Positions 13,514 to 22,767 of a DNA stretch of 64,000 nucleotides are shown here, in pieces. The translations under genes and the position numbers were made by a program. Position 1 is the stretch's first letter; the number at the start of each line of letters is the position of its first letter. Origin of the DNA: Candidatus Marinacidobacterium sp. (lineage in GTDB: Bacteria > Acidobacteriota > Vicinamibacteria > Marinacidobacterales > Marinacidobacteraceae); contig OZ242011.1 of NCBI GenBank assembly GCA_965204755.1, positions 608,001 through 672,000 of the forward strand, in the 5' to 3' direction. A model generated the notes under the pieces. The model was not told the origin of the DNA and did not search any database. It was given only the letters and a program-made list of their open reading frames with translations.

Positions 13514-15205
13514 TCAGGTTCGTTCCCGGTCGAAGGCGGCGCGTTCCGGTTTGCCGTAGAGGGTGAGCGCGCCGCGTTCGCCCATCGCGTTCGGGCGCTG
13601 GAAGATCCAGTTCTGCCAGGCGGAGAGGCGGCCGAAGATCTTCGTCTCCAGGGTTTCCGGCCCGGCGAAGCGCAGCGACGCCTCCATGCCGGTGAGGGCG
13701 TCCGGGGAGAACCCGGCGCGCTCCTCGACCGCGAGGCGCAGTTCGTCCTCCCAGTCGAGGTCGTCCGGGGCGAAAGTGGCGAGGCCCGCTTCGAGCGCCT
13801 CCGAAGCGGGGAGCGGGCCCTTCCCCCGCGCCGCCGAAACCCGGTCGGGCGCCCCGAGGAACCGGCTCTCCAGGCGGGAGAGGCCGTTCCCCATCGGGTA
13901 GCCGCCGAAGTTCAACCCGGTGAGTTCCACCGACGCCGGCCGGGCCGGGTCGTCGCAGAGGTAACTCCGGTCGGCGGCGAGCAGCAGTTCCGCGAGGGTG
14001 CCGGTGAAGGACTCGCCGGCTTCGGCCACCGCGAAGAAACTCCGGGCGGTCTGGTCGAGCCGCCGGAAGGCGCGGGCGAGGCGGAGGCGGGCCTCCCCGG
14101 CCAACCAGGCCGGCGAGAGGGCGAGCAGGCGTTCGTCCGCTTCCCGGACGGCGTCCCGGTCGCCGGCGGCGCGCAGCAGTACGACGCCGATCTCCGGCTC
14201 GTTGAAGCGGAGACGGCAGAGCGCGTCATCGAGTTCCCGGGCGAAACGCAGGTGCCAGAGCCCGGAACCGGCGGCCGCGAGTTCCTCCGGGGTCGAGGGG
14301 AACGGGGCGTCCGGGGCGCGGGCGGTCAGCGTGGCGGCGCGGACGGAACGGTCGAGGGCGACTTCCAGGAACCGGTAGCGGAGCGCGTCGCCGCCCGCTT
14401 CCGGTTCGAGCGGTTCGAGTTCGACGCCGACCGCGCCGGGCGGAAGGGCGGGGGCCGCCGCGGCGAGCGCTGCGGCGCGTTCGGCCACGAGTGAGTCGAA
14501 CCGGCTCTTCGGGGCCAGGGCGTCCACGAGGCCCCAGTCGAGGGCGCGGCGACCGCGCACCCCCTCGGCGAGGGTGGAGAACACATCGGCGCGGTCCCGG
14601 CGGACACCGCGTTTGTCCACCACGCGGGTCAGCCCGCCGGTGCCGGGGAGGACGCCGAGCAGCGGCGCCTCCGGCAGCGAGACCGCCGAGGCCCCGTCGT
14701 CCACCAGCAGGATCTCGTCGGCGGCGAGCGCCAGTTCGTAGCCGCCGCCGGCGGTGGTTCCGGAGAGCGCCGCGAGGTAGCGCTGGCCGCTGCGGGCGCT
14801 CGCGTCTTCCATCGCCAGCCGGGTTTCGTTCGTGAACTTGCAGAAGTTCACCTTGAAGCGGTGGGAGGAGCCGGCCAGCATGAAGATGTTGGCGCCGGAG
14901 GAGAACACCCGGTCGAGGGCGCTCTCGATCACGACGCAGCGCGCCTGAGGGTGGGTGAAGCGGAGCCGCTCGACCGCGTCGGCGAGTTCGATGTCCACCC
15001 CCAGGTCGTAACTGTTGAGTTTCAGCCGGTAGCCGGGGTGGAGGCCGGCGGACTCGTCCACGGCCAGGGTCAGGCGGGCGACGGCGCCTTCCGTCGCCAG
15101 GCGCCAGTGGCGGTAGCGCGACGGGTGGGTCTCGAAGCCGATCGGCGCGGACTCCGCGGACGCGGACGCCGGGGAGGCGGGGGCGGCGGGCGCCGGGGCG
15201 GACAT
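13514..15205 (-). CDS. boxC: 2,3-epoxybenzoyl-CoA dihydrolase
   Basis: YRHWRL, LKLNSYDLGVDIEL, KVNFCKFTNETR, GGGYELALA and KIFGRLSAWQNWIFQRPNA. Confidence 0.92.
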   Translation of the reverse strand: MSAPAPAAPASPASASAESAPIGFETHPSRYRHWRLATEGAVARLTLAVDESAGLHPGYRLKLNSYDLGVDIELADAVERLRFTHPQARCVVIESALDRVFSSGANIFMLAGSSHRFKVNFCKFTNETRLAMEDASARSGQRYLAALSGTTAGGGYELALAADEILLVDDGASAVSLPEAPLLGVLPGTGGLTRVVDKRGVRRDRADVFSTLAEGVRGRRALDWGLVDALAPKSRFDSLVAERAAALAAAAPALPPGAVGVELEPLEPEAGGDALRYRFLEVALDRSVRAATLTARAPDAPFPSTPEELAAAGSGLWHLRFARELDDALCRLRFNEPEIGVVLLRAAGDRDAVREADERLLALSPAWLAGEARLRLARAFRRLDQTARSFFAVAEAGESFTGTLAELLLAADRSYLCDDPARPASVELTGLNFGGYPMGNGLSRLESRFLGAPDRVSAARGKGPLPASEALEAGLATFAPDDLDWEDELRLAVEERAGFSPDALTGMEASLRFAGPETLETKIFGRLSAWQNWIFQRPNAMGERGALTLYGKPERAAFDRERT

Positions 15206-15287
15206 GGAGCGCCGGGGATTATCGCCGCCGCCGGAGCGCGTATCCGGCGGGCGGATCGGCGGCGACCGGGCTCTACGCTTCCGGCCG

Positions 15288-17405
15288 ATGACCGCGCGGG
15301 CGCCGGCGGAATGCCGTCCGGCGGCGGGTTTCCTCCTCGTCCTGCTGGCCGGGGCCGCGCAGCCGACGACGGCGGCGACAGCGACGACGACGACGGGCGG
15401 GCAGACGGATCCCCCGGAACTGGTCGAACCGAACCAGCGGCTCGCGCTGGGGACCGCGCTCGGACTTCCCCGGACCCACGGGTTCGACCTCTCGCCGGAC
15501 GGGCGGCGCGCGGTGCTGGCGGTGGCCGTGGGCAACCGGTCGAGCCTCTTCCTGGCCGCCCCGGGGGCGGCGCCCGGCGAACTCACCCGGGGAACCCGGT
15601 GGGACTCCGCGCCGCGCTTCCTGGGCGACGGGGCGGCGGTGGTCTTCGTCTCCGGACGCCGGCCGCGGGGGCTCGAGCGGGAGGCGGGCCGGCTCATGCG
15701 CCTGCGGCTCGGCGGGGAGGCGGAGGCGATTACCGGCGAGGGATTGCTCGTCCGGGCGCCCGCCGTATTCGCGGCGCCGACGGGGGGCGGGACGCGGATC
15801 GCGTTCCTCGGGCGTCCGTCCGCGCCTCCCGCCGACGCCGGGCGCCCCGATGCCGGGTTCGACCTGTTCGTAGTCCCGGCGGAGGGCGGTGAGCCGGAAC
15901 GGCTCACGGGACACCCCGGCGACGAGGGGAGGCCGGTCTGGTCGCCGGACGGACGCCGGATCGCCTTCGCCTTCGACGCCGGGCTCGCCGGGCCGGACGG
16001 GCCGCGCCGGCGGGCCGCGCCCCTCCACTCGGGTCTCGCCGTGGTCCCCGCGGGAGGGGAGGCTCCGGAAGGCCCGCGGACGCTGCTCACCGACGCGTCA
16101 CTGCCGCCGCGGGGGACGGCGGCCACCCCGCCGACCTGGACCCCGGACGGGGCCGCGCTGGTCTGGGCCGCGCCGGCCGGCGAGGGCGGCGGCGCCTTCG
16201 ACGCGCTCCACCTGGTCCCGGCGGACGGAGCGGCCGCGCCCTACCCGCTGGTCACCGCCGAGGCCGATCTCTCCCGGCCGGTCTTCCGCCCGCTTCCTCC
16301 CGGCGAACCGGACGCCGAACGGGAATGGATGCTCGCCTGGATCGCCGACGACGGGGCGAGCCGCCGGCTCCACCGGGCGGCGATCCGGCGGGGGGAGGAC
16401 GGCCGGCTCGGCGTGTCCGGCCGGGTGCGCGTCGTCACCCGGGGGAGCGGCGTCGCCTCGGAACCGGTCTGGAGCGCCGACGGCGAACTGCTGGCGGCGC
16501 TCCACGAGTCCGCGGTCTCCCCCCGCGACCTCTGGACTTTCCCGCTCGGCGGCGGGCGCGAACGGGTCAGCGACACGCTCTTCCCGGAGGCGGATGTGCG
16601 CAGTTTCTCCCGCCCGGAAGTCCTCGAAGCGGGGGCGGAAGACGGGTTCGAGACGAACGCCCTGCTCTACCGCCCCACCGGCCCGGTTCCCGAGGCCGGG
16701 GCGCCGCTCCTCGTCCACCTCGCCGGCCCGGCGGGCGGCGGCCGGCGGAGCGGCTTCGACCCGGTGGTGCAGTTGCTCGCCGAGCGCGGCTACGCCGTGC
16801 TCGCGCCGAATGTGCGGGGCGGACGCGGCCGGGGCGGGGCGTTCGCCGCGGCGAACGACGGCGACTGGGGCGGCGGGGACCTGCTCGACCTGGCGGCGGC
16901 GGTGCGGGCGGCGCGGGAGAGCGGCGGGATCGCCCCCGACCGGGCCTGCGTCTTCGGGACGGGCTACGGCGGGTTCCTCGCGCTCGCCGCCCTGGCGCGG
17001 CTGCCGGACCTCTTCGCCTGCGGGATCGAGGCGATGGGGACCGCGGACCTCGTCCGCCTCCATCGGGAGATCGACCCGGCGGGCCGCCGGGTGATCGAGG
17101 CCGAACTGGGCCCGCTGCGGGGCAACCTGGCCGACTATCGGCGGCTGTCCCTCGTCGGCGAAGGCGGGGCGGTCGCCGCTCCCCTGCTCTCCTTCCACGG
17201 GGAGGAAGTCCCGGAAGCCCCGTTCGCGGCCAAGGAGCCCTTCCTCGAGGAACTCCGGCAGCGGGCCGACTACCCGCTGGTCGAGTTGTACTTCCGGGGC
17301 GACGCCGGGCGGTCGGTGTTCCGCTGGGAGACCGACCGGGGGGCGGCTTACGCGTTCCTGGAGAAGGTCCTGGAGTTCCTCTCGCTCCACCTGCCGACCG
17401 ACTGA
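15288..17405 (+). CDS. S9 peptidase-like protein with PD40/WD40 propeller, apparently non-catalytic
   Basis: Repeated WSPDG motifs, GYAVLAPNVRG and DWGGGDL. The nucleophile elbow reads GTGYGG (no Ser). Confidence 0.75.
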   Translation: MTARAPAECRPAAGFLLVLLAGAAQPTTAATATTTTGGQTDPPELVEPNQRLALGTALGLPRTHGFDLSPDGRRAVLAVAVGNRSSLFLAAPGAAPGELTRGTRWDSAPRFLGDGAAVVFVSGRRPRGLEREAGRLMRLRLGGEAEAITGEGLLVRAPAVFAAPTGGGTRIAFLGRPSAPPADAGRPDAGFDLFVVPAEGGEPERLTGHPGDEGRPVWSPDGRRIAFAFDAGLAGPDGPRRRAAPLHSGLAVVPAGGEAPEGPRTLLTDASLPPRGTAATPPTWTPDGAALVWAAPAGEGGGAFDALHLVPADGAAAPYPLVTAEADLSRPVFRPLPPGEPDAEREWMLAWIADDGASRRLHRAAIRRGEDGRLGVSGRVRVVTRGSGVASEPVWSADGELLAALHESAVSPRDLWTFPLGGGRERVSDTLFPEADVRSFSRPEVLEAGAEDGFETNALLYRPTGPVPEAGAPLLVHLAGPAGGGRRSGFDPVVQLLAERGYAVLAPNVRGGRGRGGAFAAANDGDWGGGDLLDLAAAVRAARESGGIAPDRACVFGTGYGGFLALAALARLPDLFACGIEAMGTADLVRLHREIDPAGRRVIEAELGPLRGNLADYRRLSLVGEGGAVAAPLLSFHGEEVPEAPFAAKEPFLEELRQRADYPLVELYFRGDAGRSVFRWETDRGAAYAFLEKVLEFLSLHLPTD

Positions 17406-18376
17406 ACGACCGGCATCCCGGCGGCGCTCGGGGGCGCCGGGAGCGGCGAGTCCGGCCGGGAGTCCGGCCGGGAGTCCGGCCGGCCGGGGACCTGGTTCGC
17501 CGCGTGGTAGGAACTCCTCACCAGCGGCCCGGCCTCGACATGGCGGAGACCGAGGCGGCGGCCCCGTTCCGCGAGGTCGGCGAACTCCTCCGGGGGGACG
17601 AAGCGGACGACCGGCAGGTGGCGCGGCGTCGGCTGGAGGTACTGCCCGGCGGTGAGGATGTCCACCCGGTGCTCCACCAGGTCGGCCATGAGCGAGTCGA
17701 GTTCGGCGGCGGTCTCGCCGAGGCCCAGCATCACCCCGGTCTTGGTGGTCGTCCCCGCCCGGAGTTCCGCCGCGCGGCGCAGCAGGTCGAGCGACCGCCG
17801 GTACCGGGCGCCGGGGCGGACCTGCCGGTAGAGCCGCGGCACGGTTTCCACATTGTGGTTCAGGATCTCCGGCGCTTCCGCCATCACGGTTTCGAGCGCG
17901 CCCGGCGCCCCCCGGAAGTCCGGGACGAGCACTTCGACGGTGACCCCCGGGTTGCGGCGCCGGACTTCGCGGATGGTGGCGGCGAAGACTTCCGCCCCGC
18001 CGTCGGGCAGGTCGTCCCGGTTCACGGAAGTGACCACCGCGTGGCGGAGCCCCATCGCGGAGACCGCCTCCGCCACCCGGCCCGGCTCCTCCCGGTCGAG
18101 ACCGGTCGGCCGGCCGGTGGTCACCGCGCAGAAGCCGCAGGCGCGGGTGCAGACCTCGCCCAGGATCATGAAGGTCGCGGTTCCCTCGCCCCAGCACTCG
18201 GCGAGGTTCGGGCAGCGCGCCTCCTCGCAGACCGTGTGGAGGTCCTTCTCCCGCATCAGCCGCCGCAGCCGGGCCCAGGTCGGCCCGGACGGGACGCGGA
18301 CCCTCAGCCAGTCCGGCCGGGGCCGGCGGGGCGGCGGGGCGCCGACGACGGGGAGCGGAACCGGGCCGGCGGTCAG
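17348..18376 (-). CDS. lipA: Lipoyl synthase (radical SAM); start probably CTG overlapping the E2 stop
   Basis: PDWLRV, CEEARCPNLAEC, CTRACGFC, HNVETV, GQYLQP and VRSSYHA. The C-terminal tail carries a 12-bp x3 repeat. Confidence 0.9.
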   Translation of the reverse strand: MTAGPVPLPVVGAPPPRRPRPDWLRVRVPSGPTWARLRRLMREKDLHTVCEEARCPNLAECWGEGTATFMILGEVCTRACGFCAVTTGRPTGLDREEPGRVAEAVSAMGLRHAVVTSVNRDDLPDGGAEVFAATIREVRRRNPGVTVEVLVPDFRGAPGALETVMAEAPEILNHNVETVPRLYRQVRPGARYRRSLDLLRRAAELRAGTTTKTGVMLGLGETAAELDSLMADLVEHRVDILTAGQYLQPTPRHLPVVRFVPPEEFADLAERGRRLGLRHVEAGPLVRSSYHAANQVPGRPDSRPDSRPDSPLPAPPSAAGMPVVQSVGRWSERNSRTFSRNA

Positions 18377-19755
18377 ACCGCGTCCTCCCGCCAATCCTCG
18401 AGGCGCCGCTTGACCGCGCCCAGGAAGCGGTCGGCGACCGCGCCGTCGATCAGGCGGTGGTCGAAGGAGAGCGCGAGGAAGACCATGGAACGCACCGCGA
18501 TGGCGTCCCCGGCGACCACCGCCGGGCGCTTGTGGACGCCGCCGATGCCCAGGATCGCCGACTGGGGCTGGGCGATGATCGGCGTGCCGAAGAGCGCCCC
18601 GTAGGGCCCCGGGTTGGTGATCGTGAAGGTGCCCCCGGCGAGTTCCTCGGCGCGCAGCGCGCCGGAGCGGGCGCGGGCGGCCAGGTCGGAGATCCCCCGG
18701 GCGAGCCCCACGAAGTTCCGCTCCTCGGCGCGGTGGAGGACCGGGACGAGGAGCCCGTCGGGAAGCGCCACCGCGATCCCCAGGTCCACCGTCCGGTGGT
18801 AGTGGATGCGGTCGTCCCGGAGCGAGGCGTTCAGCACCGGGAACTCGCCGAGCGCCTCCACCGCCGCCCGCGCGAAGAACGCCGTCAGGGTGAGCCGGAC
18901 GCCGGTGCGCTCCTCGAAGGCGGCGCCCTGCCGCTCGCGGGCGGCGACCACGGCGGACAGGTCCACCTCGAAGACGGTGGTCACATGCGCCGCGGTGCGC
19001 CGGGAGCGCACCATGTGCTCGGCGATGGAGCGCCGCATCCGGGAGAGCGGCTCCGCGCGGCCGGGGGCGCCGGCCGGGGCGGAAACGGGAGGCAGGGGTT
19101 CCGGGGCGGCCGGCGGGAACGCCGCCTCCGCCGGGAGCGGCTGCGGCGCGGGGGAAGCGGGCGCGGCCGCCGGGGCCGGAGGCGGTTCGGGGAGCGCGAC
19201 CTCCGGCGGCTCGAAGGTCGGCTCCGCCGGGCCCGGCGGCGGCGCGGTCGGCAGGCGCTCGATCCAGGCCAGCATGTCCCGCTTGCTCACCCGGCCGCCC
19301 TCGCCGGTTCCGGGCACCTCGGCGAGATCCACGCCGTGCTCCCGGGCCATCCGCCGGACGAGCGGGGAACTCCGGGGGCGCTTCCGCCGGCCGGCGGCGG
19401 CCTCGGTCGCCGGCGCGGCCGGCGGGGGCGCCGGCGGGGCGGCGGTCTCCGCTCCCTCGTCCGGCGCCTCGGGGGTGGCCGGTTCGGGCGCGGCCGGCGG
19501 CGGGGCCGACGATTCGCCCGGCGCCGCGATCCGGGCCACCACGGTGTTCACCGGGACGGTTTCGCCTTCGGGAACCAAGATCTCCGCCAGCCGGCCGGTG
19601 ATCGCCGCCGGCACCTCCGTGTCCACCTTGTCGGTGGCGAGGTCGAAGAGCGGATCGTCCCGCTCCACCTCGTCGCCGACCGAAATCCGCCATTTGGTGA
19701 TCGTTCCTTCCGTGATGCTCTCCCCCATCTGGGGCAGGATCACATCGGTCGGCAC
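18373..19755 (-). CDS. 2-oxoacid dehydrogenase E2 dihydrolipoamide acyltransferase
   Basis: Lipoyl domain (LPQMGESITEG...TDKV), E3-binding SSPLVRRMA...GTGEGGRVSK, and catalytic SFDHRLIDG. Confidence 0.93.
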   Translation of the reverse strand: MPTDVILPQMGESITEGTITKWRISVGDEVERDDPLFDLATDKVDTEVPAAITGRLAEILVPEGETVPVNTVVARIAAPGESSAPPPAAPEPATPEAPDEGAETAAPPAPPPAAPATEAAAGRRKRPRSSPLVRRMAREHGVDLAEVPGTGEGGRVSKRDMLAWIERLPTAPPPGPAEPTFEPPEVALPEPPPAPAAAPASPAPQPLPAEAAFPPAAPEPLPPVSAPAGAPGRAEPLSRMRRSIAEHMVRSRRTAAHVTTVFEVDLSAVVAARERQGAAFEERTGVRLTLTAFFARAAVEALGEFPVLNASLRDDRIHYHRTVDLGIAVALPDGLLVPVLHRAEERNFVGLARGISDLAARARSGALRAEELAGGTFTITNPGPYGALFGTPIIAQPQSAILGIGGVHKRPAVVAGDAIAVRSMVFLALSFDHRLIDGAVADRFLGAVKRRLEDWREDAV

Positions 19756-19965
19756 AACTCGAATTCTACTCGCCGGAACCCCCTCGCCCGGACGGTTCCC
19801 GACCCTTTCCGGTCAGCCGGGAGCGCCCCGGTCGGCGCGAACCGCCGACCGGCGCCCTTTCTCCCGGATTCCCTGCGCGGCCCGCCGAAGGCGGCGATGG
19901 AACCGGGCGAACCCGGAGCGCCGGTACACGGCCGCCCGGCGGGGCGTCCTCGCGGACGCGGCCCC

Positions 19966-20655
19966 TCAGGAGGGCCCGAAGAACCAGCGGGAGAAGACCG
20001 TGAAGGCGGCGCCGAGCAGGGTGACGAGGAGCGTGACGACCAAGACATCGTACCGACGGGCGATCCGGTCCATCCGGGCATCGGTGCGCCCTTCCGAGTC
20101 GCGGATGAGCACTCGCACTTCGGTGAGGAACGCGCCGAGGCGGGCATCCAGGCGTTCGTCCTGCCGTTTCTCCGATTCCCGGATGGAATCGACGATCACC
20201 CGGGTCATCCGCGTTTCGGACTCGCGGACGGTCTCGACCACGAAAGCCCGCGTGCGCTCTTCGGACTCGCGGACCGTCTCGACCACGAAGGCCCGCGTGC
20301 GCTCCTCGGACTCGGCGATGCGGGTGGTGGTGCGCTCCTCCGACTCGGCGATGAGCGCCCGGGTCCGCTCCTCGGACTCGGCCACCAGCGTCCGGACTTC
20401 GGAGACGACCGCCCGCTGCACCGCGCCGGTCTCCTCGGTCAGGGCCCGCCCGAACCAGTCCCGGAGCCGCTCCTCGGACTGCTCCAGGTCGCCGAGCGTC
20501 GCCGGCGTCTCCGGCGGCGGCCGGCGGGAGGGAGGCATGATGCGCAACCGTTCGCTCCTCTCCGGAGGGTAGCCCGGGGGCGGCGAGGGCGCAACGGTTC
20601 CGGGGGCGGCGCGGTCGGTCCGGGAAGGGAGAGAAAGGGCTTCGGGGTTCGGCAT
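19966..20655 (-). CDS. Membrane-anchored coiled-coil protein with ESEERTR repeats (CCDC90/DUF1640-like architecture); alternative start 20538
   Basis: PATLGDL motif, 11- and 15-residue repeats, and a C-terminal TM helix (VLVVTLLVTLLGAAFTVF). Confidence 0.7.
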   Translation of the reverse strand: MPNPEALSLPSRTDRAAPGTVAPSPPPGYPPERSERLRIMPPSRRPPPETPATLGDLEQSEERLRDWFGRALTEETGAVQRAVVSEVRTLVAESEERTRALIAESEERTTTRIAESEERTRAFVVETVRESEERTRAFVVETVRESETRMTRVIVDSIRESEKRQDERLDARLGAFLTEVRVLIRDSEGRTDARMDRIARRYDVLVVTLLVTLLGAAFTVFSRWFFGPS

Positions 20656-20943
20656 GGGCGGGGTCTCGCTTTGGCGTGGGGGAAGTGGGGACGATGCGGA
20701 GCGGGCCGGAAGCCGGCCGCCCCTCTTCCCTATAGAACGGAATCCCGACGATTTCTGCTCACCCGTTGCGCGCTCCCGGGCGGATTCGTCCGGTTTCCTC
20801 CCCGGGTCCGCCGCGGGCGGCCGCCGGATTTCGCCCGGCGGTAGTGCGCCTACGACACCGACTTCCCGACAGTCGACGACTTACGAAGCCGAACCGTCGA
20901 AGCCGCGCCGGCGGCGGAATCGCGCCGCGATGCGCGCCGAGGG

Positions 20944-21921
20944 TCAGTAGCGGGCCAGTCGGCGGGCCGCCTCCACGACTTTCGCGGCGCTCGGCAGCGC
21001 CTCGTCTTCGAGTTCAGCGGCGTAGGGAACCGGCGTGTCGGCGGCGGCCAGGCGGGCGACCGGGGCGTCGAGGTCGGCGAAGAGGTGTTCGGCGGCGAGG
21101 GCGGCGACCTCCCCACCGAAGCCGCCGGTCAGGTTCGCCTCGTGGACCACCAGCAGCCGGCTGGTGCGGCGAACCGACTCGAAGAGGGTCTCCCGGTCGA
21201 GCGGGGCCAGCCAGCGCAGGTCGAGCACCTCGGCCTCGACCCCTTCCCCGGAGAGCATCTCGGCCGCTTCGAGGCAGTACGGCGCGGCGCCGCCGTAGGT
21301 GGCGATCGTCAGGTCGCGGCCCCGGCGCCGCGCCGCCGCCCGGCCGAGCGGCGAGGCTTCCGGAGCGGCGTCGAACTCCTCTCGGGGGACCCGCAGACTG
21401 CGGTAGAGGCGCTTGTGCTCCAGGAAGAGCACCGGGTCGTCGTCCCGGATCGCCGTCCGCAGCATCCCGGCGGCGTCGGCGACGGTGGCCGGGGCCGCCA
21501 CCCGCAGGCCGGGGATATGGGTGAAGAGGCCCTCCGGGTTCTGGGAATGGAACGGCCCGGCGCGGACTCCGGCGCCGCAGGGCCCGCGGAGGACGAGCGG
21601 CGCCGCCTGCCCGGTCCGGTAGCGCAGCGGCGCGGCGAAGTTGCGGATCATGTTGAAGGCGCTCGCGGAGAAGTCGAAGAACTGGTACTCGACGACCGGG
21701 CGGAACCCCCGGAGCGCGAGCCCCACCGCCATCCCGGTGAACCCTTCCTCGGCGATCGGCGCGTCGAACACCCGGTCGGGGCCGAAGGCCTCGAGGAACC
21801 CCTCGGTGAGGCGGAAGGCGCCCCCGTAGAGGCCGATGTCCTCGCCCAGCAGGAGCACCCGCGAGTCGCGCTCCATCTCGGAGCGCAGCGCCTCCCGGAC
21901 GGCGTCGAGGTAGGTGACCAC
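20944..21921 (-). CDS. 2-oxoacid dehydrogenase E1 beta subunit
   Basis: TYLDAVREAL, GEDIG, DAPIAEEGF, PVVEYQF, GPFHSQ, FLEHK and DLRWLAPLD. Confidence 0.92.
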   Translation of the reverse strand: MVTYLDAVREALRSEMERDSRVLLLGEDIGLYGGAFRLTEGFLEAFGPDRVFDAPIAEEGFTGMAVGLALRGFRPVVEYQFFDFSASAFNMIRNFAAPLRYRTGQAAPLVLRGPCGAGVRAGPFHSQNPEGLFTHIPGLRVAAPATVADAAGMLRTAIRDDDPVLFLEHKRLYRSLRVPREEFDAAPEASPLGRAAARRRGRDLTIATYGGAAPYCLEAAEMLSGEGVEAEVLDLRWLAPLDRETLFESVRRTSRLLVVHEANLTGGFGGEVAALAAEHLFADLDAPVARLAAADTPVPYAAELEDEALPSAAKVVEAARRLARY

Positions 21922-21938
21922 GGGGGCTCGGCTGCCGA

Positions 21939-22736
21939 CTACGCCGCCTCCGGCGGGGTGAGTCCGATCGGGGTGAGTCCGATCGGGGTGAGTCCGATCG
22001 GGGCGAGTTCGATCGGGGCCGGCGAGAGGTCGCGGCCCAGTTCGTCGGCGAAGGCGGCGGCGAAGGCGTCCGCGACGGCGTCCAGGGACACCGGGCGGCC
22101 GAGTTCCGCCGCAAGCGAGGTGGCCTCCGCCCCGCGGATGCCGCAGGGCACGATCCGGTCGAACCAGCGGAGGTCGGTGTTCCCGTTCAGCGCGGCGCCG
22201 TGGGAAGTGACCCAGCGCGAGACCCGCACGCCGATGGAAGCCAGTTTCCGGGGCGGCCCGTCCGGGAGACCCGCCCGCCAGACCCCGGTGAGGCCCGACC
22301 GGCGCTCCGCCGGGACGCCGAAGGCGGAGGCGGCGCGGATCACCGCGGCTTCCAGCAGCCGCAGGTAGGCGTGGACATCCTTCCGCCAAGCGGAGAGGGC
22401 GACGATCGGGTAGGCCACCAGTTGGCCCGGCCCGTGGAAGGTGACATCGCCCCCGCGGTCGGTCTCGACCACTTCGGCGCCCTCGCGGGCGAGCCGGACC
22501 GGGTCGGAGAGCAGGTGCTCGCGCCGGGCGGTCCGGCCGAGCGTGAACACCGGCGGGTGTTCCGTCAGGAGGAGGACATCGGGGATCCGGTCGGCCCGCC
22601 GCCGGAGGTGGAGTTCCCGCTGCAGCGCCCAAGCCTCGCGGTACCCGAGGGGCCGGCGGTCGAGCCGCCAGAGCGGCGGGCGGAGGGCGCCCGGGACGCG
22701 CCCGGCGGCGGCCCGCGACGAGCCGGGGCCGGTCAG
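21939..22736 (-). CDS. lipB: Lipoyl(octanoyl) transferase; no canonical start, probable CTG at 22736
   Basis: LGYREAWALQ, LLLTEHPPVFTLGR, TDRGGDVTFHGPGQLVAYP, KLASIG, HGAALN and IVPCGI. Confidence 0.88.
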   Translation of the reverse strand: MTGPGSSRAAAGRVPGALRPPLWRLDRRPLGYREAWALQRELHLRRRADRIPDVLLLTEHPPVFTLGRTARREHLLSDPVRLAREGAEVVETDRGGDVTFHGPGQLVAYPIVALSAWRKDVHAYLRLLEAAVIRAASAFGVPAERRSGLTGVWRAGLPDGPPRKLASIGVRVSRWVTSHGAALNGNTDLRWFDRIVPCGIRGAEATSLAAELGRPVSLDAVADAFAAAFADELGRDLSPAPIELAPIGLTPIGLTPIGLTPPEAA

Positions 22737-22767
22737 GTCAGCCGCGGTCGGGTCAGGCGTGGTCGGG

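Noticed and set aside
17348-19693. A 781-aa extended LipA
   Set aside because: The extension is an alternate frame of the E2 gene; LipA similarity starts near 18320.
20200-20390. Repeats in this region as a CRISPR-like array
   Set aside because: The units are 33/45 bp in-frame coding repeats (ESEERTR) with no unique spacers.
20720-20890. Possible ECF promoter and imperfect palindrome upstream of the coiled-coil gene
   Set aside because: The match is too weak to support without comparative data.
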